Positions 55,651 to 64,000 of a stretch of DNA of 64,000 nucleotides are shown in pieces (position 1 is the first letter of the stretch; the number at the start of each line of letters is the position of its first letter). This DNA comes from Octopus sinensis (lineage: Eukaryota), in the NCBI RefSeq assembly GCF_006345805.1, contig NC_042998.1:172608001-172672000 (forward strand), written 5' to 3'. Under the pieces are notes generated by a model. It saw only the letters and a program-made list of their open reading frames with translations. It made no database searches and was not told the origin of the DNA. The position numbers and the translations under genes are program-made.

Positions 55651-55721
55651 ATCGAGCGGCATTAACTGATGAGGCAACGGTAATTGCCGAGACTGATGCG
55701 TCAGTATGAAGAATTCTCGAT
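55651..55721 (+). ncRNA. Extended type I hammerhead ribozyme candidate
   Basis: CUGAUGA 55666-55672, stem II GGCAA/UUGCC, GAGA (one change from GAAA), stem III ACUGA/UCAGU, GUA triplet 55704-55706, distal stem I AUCGAG/CUCGAU. Confidence 0.7.
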
Positions 55722-56717
55722 CGGCACTTTTCGGACGATTATGGTCCCTGTTAGTGTATGTTTTCACTCATGTGCGTTAGAGCGGTTTAGCTCTTATTTC
55801 TAGCAATGTAAGTGTTTCCTAACACCCTAGCCACATTTGTAATTCTCTTTGCAAACCGCTGTTTATGACACACACACACACACATTATGATATAAGGAAG
55901 CAATAAATCATATAGAGAGCTTCTTGCAATGAAAAAAGAGAATTAATAATCTATCTATTCCTTACACATTTCGAAAGAATCACTCATCTGCAGTGAAAAA
56001 GTAGGCAACGCAGTATTAGAAACCAGAAATCATCATGTGTTTTCTTGCGTGGAAGTATCAGTCGTCGAAGGAAAGGGTAGGGGTAGAGTTGGTAGAAGCT
56101 GGGGGTAGCGAGTGTGTTGAGGTACTAGACGCAGCTGCGTGATAGTCGTGGTTGTATTGGCTGCGGCTGTAGTATTCTTACTAGTGGTAATAATGATAGT
56201 GGTGGGAATAATACTGGTTCTTGAAGTAGTCACCGTAGTAGCAACAGCATATGTAATGGCTGCAGTAGCGGAAGGATTGTCAGTAGTGGGTGCAGTAGGA
56301 GTTTTAGTGGTAGTTGCAGTGGTAGTAGTAACAGCAGTAGCTGTGGAAGCAATAGTAACGTCCTTGGAAACGCGAGTGGTGGCAGACGGATTATATCAAC
56401 CATTGGTCTAACTCCGATTGGTCTTTAGGCTTAGCTTTCTTTTTGAATGAAAATGGCTTCCTTCATCGGCAAAAAGTCGATGTTGCGCTTCTTGACATGA
56501 ATGGTAGCGGATGTAAGATTGTTGTTGTTAACAAATTTCAAGTTGTGATCCGGAAGGAAGATATATATATGATCTCTGGTCTCTTATCAGCTGTGAACAG
56601 TTTTCCCTCGGTAGATGGGTTGATGGTGATTTAATCGAAATATATAAAGAATTTATAAATTATTAATTCACTCTTCACATAAGAAGCTCTCCGTACTATC
56701 TCCTTATTTTCATATGC

Positions 56718-57360
<643 letters not shown>

Positions 57361-57817
57361 TACGTATTTTATTAAAATGCTTTAGTTCTCTTAGGCCTAA
57401 CATCCACATGAACAAATGTCAAAGAAATTGAATATGGATTTTGTTCTAACTGTTATCTTTTTTTATATTTTCAATTATCTATCCATTAATTTCTCTGTAA
57501 AGTGCAGTCTTCAATGTATTGAGGCTGTGACGCAATATTTACTGAACATATTGCTATAAAGATGCCATTAAAGTTGTGTTTACAGAGGATCTTTGAAACA
57601 TTTTTGTTATCACAATTTCAGACTCAGAAATTGTATAATCACCATCATCAAGAACATCAACAATTGCAAGAGAAGCAGCATGAAAAAAGACAGTAAGTAC
57701 TGTTTACAAGTTACAGCTCTACAGAGAATACATTTAAAGTGCACAATACAAGGTAACAAGTAATACATGTCAGTATAACTATCACCATCATCATCATCAT
57801 CATCACCATGATCATCC

Positions 57818-58037
57818 ATTTCTTTACTACCCACAAGGGGCTAAACACAGAGGGGACAAACAAGGACAGACAAACGAATTAAGTCGATTATATCGACCCC
57901 AGTGCGCAACTGGTACTTAATTTATCGACCCCGAAAGGCTGAAAGGCAAAGTCAACCTAGGCGGAATTTGAACTCAGAACGTAACGGCAGACGAAATACG
58001 GCTACGCATTTCGCCCGGCGTGCAAACGTTTCTGCCA
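57818..58037 (-). mobile_element. Octopus-type SINE
   Basis: Reverse complement of the 33628-33858 family. Confidence 0.92.
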
Positions 58038-58422
58038 TGAACATCGTCATCATCATGATGACTGGCAGTACCGAGATAAACTGGGCAATAGAATGAATTC
58101 AACCCCTGAACTGTCACACAAAACACTATATGCTTCATCACTTTAGAGGGTGCTGCATGTTTCTCAGATATGTTATAATCGGAAAAAATAGATGTGTGTG
58201 TGTGTGTATGTGTGTGTGTGTGTGAAGCACCTCGACTGCTTGAATAAGGCTAACCTGTGTTACATAACAACCTCTCCATTGTACTCACTGGAAAGGCTAT
58301 AATGGTTTTATAATGAAGCGGCAGGAACACATCAAGTGATGATTATCTTCGAATTAAAGGTCAAAGGACAGATTAATAAAATGAAATGACAGGAAGAAAA
58401 AGAGAGAAAAAGGAAGAGACAG

Positions 58423-58462
<40 letters not shown>

Positions 58463-58699
58463 GAAATATGGAAGGGAGATCAAAGTAAAACAAGTGAGAT
58501 ATCAACATGAATTATAAATGATTAAAGATATTGCAATAATTAGCGGAAGCTGAATAAAATACACAAACAAAAGAAAGGCTGGTTAGAATAAATTCCCAGT
58601 GATATGGATTGACAATGAAAAAAGTTAATACAGTTCTATATCTAAGAGATGTACATTGTTTACATTTGACGGATATTTGTCCTCATCTTGTTTGTTGTT

Positions 58700-58746
58700 A
58701 ACAAAATGTTTTGACTGATATACCCGCCAGCCTTCTTCAGGTGTCT
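58700..58746 (-). ncRNA. Mutated minimal type I HHR
   Basis: GACAC CUGAAGA A GGCUG..CAGUC AAAAC AUU; GAAA and GUU altered, consistent with CpG decay. Confidence 0.55.
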
Positions 58747-58811
58747 TAGTGAAATTTCGAACCTTGGTTCTTATTCCTAAGGTTATTATTATCATTTTTA
58801 TTATTAAGATC

Positions 58812-58875
58812 ATTGCTTGGAATCGAACTCAGAATCTTGGGGTTAGTATCCAGCGCTCTTAACCACTACGCCTGC
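58812..58875 (-). promoter_or_regulatory. tRNA-like Pol III A/B boxes in PLE 3' repeat
   Basis: Minus strand GGCGTAGTGGTTAAGAGC...GAGTTCGATTCC. Confidence 0.7.
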
Positions 58876-60870
58876 GGTCAGTTCTGGAGTGAATTTTAGG
58901 GCTTACAATCTAATATTTTCCTATCCTTTCTTAATACCGGTTCCCATATGCTGTTCATATCTGCACTAGGTCGGCTTAGGAGGTTGTTGTGTCCTAGCAT
59001 ATGTGCTGCTTCTTTTAGTTTTCGTATTTTCCAGTGGTGTTCTGTGTCTATTATTTTAACTTCAACTCACAGGGGGCAGTGGTCTCCATTTGTCCATACA
59101 TGATCAGCTATACCCGATTTATCAATATCTCCTCGTGTCATAGTTTTGTATCACCTGCCACAGCTGCATGGAATGGAGTACGCGCAGTCTTCGGTCATAT
59201 TCTCTTTTATTGGTGGTTTTACTCGAAGGAGATATTTGCGAAGTGTTGTATTGCTCTTGAATATTGTCCTGGGCTGCATATCTTTTGTATATTTTCGGAG
59301 AGGACTTTGACATAGAGGGTAGACAGACTGTAGACAATTTGTTGGTTTCATCCTCTCTTTTCTTCATAATTGGAGTAGATAGTTTGTTTTTAGGTTAGTC
59401 GTTGCTTAATAGATTGTTACTGAGCTTGATCATTTCTTCGTGGTGTGTATTATGATCGCTACTTATATTCTTTGCATGATATTTTAGGCACTGAGCAATT
59501 CCTCTCTTTACACTGTATTGATGGTGGGAATTGAAGTTGAGGTATCCAGTGAGGTTCGGCTTGTCGTATACGGATGTCCTGAATCCATATTTGGTGCGTG
59601 TTATTAGTACGTCCATTAGTACGTTATTAGTACGTCCATGCTAGCTGATTATATTTTCCTTTTCCATTGTGAACTGTATGAATTGCTTTATTGAGTTCAC
59701 ATGATCTAACAGCACTTGGACATCTTCCTGGTGGGGCCAGAGTATAAAGGTATCGTCAACATATCACAGCCATAGGTCTGATTTTAGTTGTGTTGATTCT
59801 AAAACCAAAATTCTCTAAGTATTCCATGTATATATTGGCTAGTATCGGGGATAATGGCAAACCCATTGCCAAACTCTCTTAATGCCGATATATATCAGTG
59901 TCCATACTGCAGTAAGTAGTTCCTACACAGAAGGTCAACATTTCCATCAACTTTATTATTGGTATAATAGTGAGTTCTTTTAGATGGGTGTCTCTCACTA
60001 CTTTTTCTTGAATCACAGATAGTGCTTCACCAGTTGGGACTTTGGTGAACTGACTTATCACATCTAGACTCTCCATCTGGTTGAATTCAATGGGTGTACT
60101 CTTGATCAATTCTGTGAAGTGGGTGGAATTCTTCACGTACGATGTTGATTTTCCTGCTAATGGACTGATTATATCCACAAGGAAGCGGCTCAGTGGATGA
60201 CATGCTGAACCGCTACAGCTCACAATAGGTCTTAATGGAATAGCACCCTTGTGAATCTTAGGAAGACTGTACATGTGTGGTAGTTTACTGTAGTGTTGAG
60301 TCAGTTGTCTGTACTTCATTGTTCTTGATCAAGGATTGTGACAACTTTCTCTGTTTTCAAAGGTGGGTCTTTCTTTTCTTTTCTTTTCTGTAGTTACCAT
60401 CACTTATAAGATTTGCCGATTTTTCAGAGTAGTTAGACTTGTTCATCACACTGTAGTATAACCACTGTAGCATTTCCACCAGTAGAAGAGAATATGACGA
60501 AAGACTGCGTGTATTCTATTCCATGCAGCTGTGGTAGGTTATACAAAGGTGAAACATGCCGCCCCCTCAAAATAAGAGTAGACGGACATCGCAAAGCTGT
60601 GACACAAGAATATATTGATAAATCGGGTATAGCAGATCATGTATGGAAAAATGGAGACCACCTCCCTCTGTGGATGAAGTTAAAATAATAGCCAGAGAGC
60701 ACCACTGGAAAATACGAAAACTAAAAGAAGCAGCACATATGCTAAGACACAACAACCTCCTAAGCAGACTGAGTGCAGATATGAGTAGCATATGTGAACC
60801 GGTATTAAGAAAGGATAGGAAAATATTAGATTTATAAGCCCTAAAATTCATTCACTCCAGAATTGCCCAC

Positions 60871-60935
60871 GCGCATATGGTGCAGTAGTTAAGAGCGCGA
60901 GCTACTAACCTTAAGGTTCCAAGTTCGATTCCAGG
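60871..60935 (+). promoter_or_regulatory. tRNA-like Pol III A/B boxes in PLE 3' repeat
   Basis: TGGTGCAGTAGTTAAGAGC (A box-like) and AAGTTCGATTCC (B box). Confidence 0.7.
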
Positions 60936-61074
60936 CAGGGACCTGAATAATGATGATTATAATTATAATAATAATAATAATAATGATAATAATAATAATA
61001 ATAATATTAATAATAATAATACTAATATCGAAATATACCTTAGGAATGAGAACCCAGGGTCGAAATTTCCCCAA

Positions 61075-61119
61075 GGCACCTGATGAAGGCTGGAGGGTAT
61101 ATCAGCGAGGCGTTGTGTT
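61075..61119 (+). ncRNA. Mutated minimal type I HHR
   Basis: GGCAC CUGAUGA A GGCUG GAGGGUAUAU CAGC GAGGC GUU GUGUU; GAAA altered to GAGG. Confidence 0.6.
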
Positions 61120-61537
61120 AACAACAAACAAGATGAGGATAAATATCAGTGAAATTTAAATAATGTAAATAATGTGAAAAAAGTTGCCTGAATATAAAAT
61201 TAAAAGATTCATTACGTCAGTGGGAGGCAGCAATTGTTGCGGAGGAATCAGCTGTACCAACACTGTACGGTAATTTAGTAATATTCTAACCACAAAAGAA
61301 TAAAAGGTGAATGTGATGCCAATGGGATTTGATCACTTACCTTAACGAAGAACTGTATTATTTTCGTTAGCTAAACTTAATGGACGTTAAAATATACTAA
61401 TATTTAATCCGCTTTTATAAAAGAAAGTATCTTCTTTGTTTGACAGCATCAACATCTGCTGGTACTGTCATGTGTCCTTCTTTTTAAAGATATTTATAGT
61501 ATATCCATTGAAATTTATCAAGATTTAGACAGTCGTC

Positions 61538-61578
<41 letters not shown>

Positions 61579-62421
61579 ACGCTAAGCGTATTACGCTGGA
61601 AGACATAACTCATAAAATTTCTCTGTAATGCCGAAGTCTAAATCTAAATTTAAACCGAAATTGTCTGTCAAGTTAAATTTTCAGTATTGAGATAAAACAT
61701 CTTTTAATGTAACAATTTGTCTACAGCCGCATCACAGAAGACTGAGTCCTTAGATTTTCTTATCACATAAATGAAGTGGATCATTTACCCCATAGAATTA
61801 GTTTAATTAACGAGTGAGTATCTACGTGATTACTCAAAGGTAGAACAGTAGCCAAGCCTTCCCCATATCAGAATCAATAGGTTTAAGAAGGAAATGGTGC
61901 ACTGCGATGGAGCCCCTTCACGCTCAAAGGTGAAGTGGAACAGCAGCACTTCCTCAAGTGGCTATGTAAACCGATCTTCGAATGACAAGCTCTGCTGTAC
62001 CTCCAGTTTGCGCTTCGCAGCTTTAACGTGAGAGTCAGTCCGCGCAGTCCGATCCCACTCTTTTGATTTGGAGATCTGCATACATCGGGTCAGCAGGCTA
62101 AGGTGACTGGAGGTGACCAGAAAACTGTAGGTTTTACATTGGAGTGACCTTCTAGGGAACTGCCTTACAGGGCTGGAAAGCTCCACCAAAACGGGTGTCT
62201 GGTGATATCACTTCGGGTCAGAGCAGATCTAGGAACAATAATGGTTGAAAGGTGGTTCCACACTTCTGAAAAACCTGAAACTTCCGAGCCAAGGTTCCAC
62301 CATCTAGTGCAGTTTAAAGTCATACATAGGTCAAAATACATGGACAACGGGGTTTTAAATAAATGTCTGTAAAGTAAAGATGGAGTGGTCAAGTAGTTCG
62401 TCTGCACTAAACTTGACATTA

Positions 62422-63358
62422 CGAGGTCTAATCAATAAGTATCCGGATTGTTGCCATAGTAACGAAGCTAAAGCACGCAGAGTAAAGCCACTTGGCAAAG
62501 ATTGAGCTAAATGCTGATGTGCAAGCGCACTAAGTTTTAACGTTTTAGCTCACTTCCGCTGTTTACATCAGTGCTTGGTTGCGGCTCTCTCAGAACGTTC
62601 GTCAATATCGACATTTTGCAGTTAAAGGAAGGTGTGTAGAGTGTGATCGTCTCATTGACGATGGCAAAGGAAGTTGTCATGGCGATACTTGCCCAAAGGC
62701 CTACAGAATGTTGCAGAAAGTGTATGGAGAGGAGTGCACGAGCTGCACACAAGTGTACGAGTGGTGCAGACATTTCCAAGATGAAAAAATGTCGATATTG
62801 ACGAACGTTCTAGGAGACGCGCAACCAGCAGAGCTGAGGAAAAGCATCGCAGATGTGCGTGCAGCTATGAGGGGAAATCGTCGAATCCCCATCCGTGAGT
62901 TATTAGAGAATGTGCAGATTAGTTACAGTTCAGTTCAGTCCATTATCACTGAAGATTTGGGTATGAGACGCGTGTCTGCCAAGTTTGTGGCAAAATTACT
63001 TTCAGCTGACCAAAATGACACTCGGGTTTCAGTTGTACAAGATCTCCTTCATTGTTTTGAGAAAGATGAAAACTTTTTGAAAACTTTGCGTAGGCCTCTG
63101 ATCGGGTATCGCCAAGCTTTTGGCAAAATTTGATGCAGATTCTCCGCTCAACTCTCTCTGTAATGGTCAATGCAGCGATCACAGGCTACACACCTCCCTT
63201 CCAAGCACTGCCTTAAACAGCGGAAGTGAGCTGGAATCCTAAAACTTAGTGCGCTTGCACAACAAAGTTCAAGGTCAATATGTACCAAGCGGCTTTACCC
63301 TACGTGCTTTAGCGTCGTTACAATGGCAACAGTTCAGATACTTATTGATCAGACCATG
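62422..63358 (+). mobile_element. 937-bp mariner derivative with two 5' ends (long ~290-bp inverted arms)
   Basis: TA|CGAGGTCTAATCAATAAGTATC ... GATACTTATTGATCAGACCATG|TA; plus strand N-terminal transposase (YRMLQKVYGEE..VYEWCRHF..LGMRRVSAKFV), then an inverted copy of the start (ERRICIKFCQKLGDT on minus). Confidence 0.88.
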
Positions 63359-63829
63359 TATAATTAATGTTATTATTAACTAGATTTCTTGTTTATCATT
63401 ACCGAATTGAAATGATCTAAGTGATTATCAAGATTATTTCATATTGAGTTTTACTAATTTCTTTATCAGGAAGTATCTTATTTTCAACAAGGATAAATGA
63501 CTAAGGTGAAAAGTTCAGCCCATTACAAGAAAACAATATCAGTAATAAAGAGATTAAACGATATGAAGTTTTGAATTGCCAACTATAACATCCTGAGTGT
63601 ATGGAAAAAAGTAAAGAATTTATTAACGATAATACATCCATCTCCCAACTCAGTTAAACATAGATTTAATTATATCGGAAAAATGTAAAAGAATCTCTTA
63701 TATCTTGCACACAGGAGAAATCAGTTATTTGTTCATCACAAGTGCATGAGAACACATGCATACATAAAATTCTAGTTTGATATTCTTCGTAACCTACAGA
63801 TAAATGTAAGTACCATTTGCTTCTAATAG

Positions 63830-63998
63830 TGGCACAGAGACTGACAGGGTGGTGTCAGTTGATTAAACCAACTTGATTGGTACTTTATTTCGTTGACCAC
63901 TCAGGCATGAAAGGCAAAGTTGACCTCAGAAGGATCGGAACTCAGGTTAGCAGCAAATACCGCAAGGCACTTTGTACAACACTAATGATTCTGCCAGT
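63830..63998 (-). mobile_element. Old octopus-type SINE
   Basis: TGGTACTTTATTT..GACC..ATGAAAGGCAAAGTTGACCTC..GAACTCAG..TGATTCTGCCA, degenerate match to 57818-58037. Confidence 0.65.
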
Positions 63999-64000
63999 AT

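Larger units (their letters stand above)
58625..60483 (-). mobile_element. Penelope-like element (RT, GIY-YIG, 3' terminal repeat), degenerate
   Basis: LPHMYSLPKIHKGAIPLRPIVS..SYVKNSTHF..SLDVISQFTKVP (59879-60319), FRTSVYDKP..YLNFNSHH (59395-59616), YSIPCSCGR (59151-59351). Confidence 0.93.
60484..61175 (+). mobile_element. Inverted duplicate of the same PLE 3' end (GIY-YIG + terminal repeat)
   Basis: CVYSIPCSCGRLYKGETCRPLKIRVDGHRK...SGIADHVW...RKLKEAAHM; homologous in inverse orientation to 58625-59210. Confidence 0.92.

Noticed and set aside
55960-55995. Minus-strand CAGAUGA-G...C-GAAAUGUG hammerhead-like string near a possible PLE C-terminal remnant (56390-56640)
   Set aside because: Three core deviations and no stem support; at best a relic.
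58812-60935. tRNA-like heads (also 26520-26585) as genuine tRNA genes
   Set aside because: No complete acceptor stem; they are embedded in repeats and continue into element bodies.

Overview
Eukaryotic, AT-rich, repeat-dominated DNA with no operon-like genes, rRNA or CRISPR. The SINE families and dense (TA)n/(TATG)n/(TATC)n/(CA)n microsatellites suggest an octopus (cephalopod) genome; this is inference from recalled repeat motifs, not a database hit. Most listed ORFs are microsatellite artefacts or antisense shadows. Real coding signal is transposon-derived: RTE-, Tx1/L1- and R4/Dong-like LINE remnants, several Penelope-like elements (PLEs), a full-length IR/DR Tc1 (DD34E, one in-frame stop), a nearly intact maT (DD37D), decayed mariners and a Tigger remnant. 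There are also several MITEs, many tRNA-derived SINEs, a 1306-bp near-perfect tandem duplication and one candidate host exon. The most interesting layer is non-coding: hammerhead-ribozyme (HHR) motifs in at least four unrelated sequence contexts. These include a PLE 3' terminal repeat built as tRNA-like Pol III head + microsatellite + HHR, a 131-bp palindrome containing a well-paired type I HHR, and a solitary extended type I HHR.
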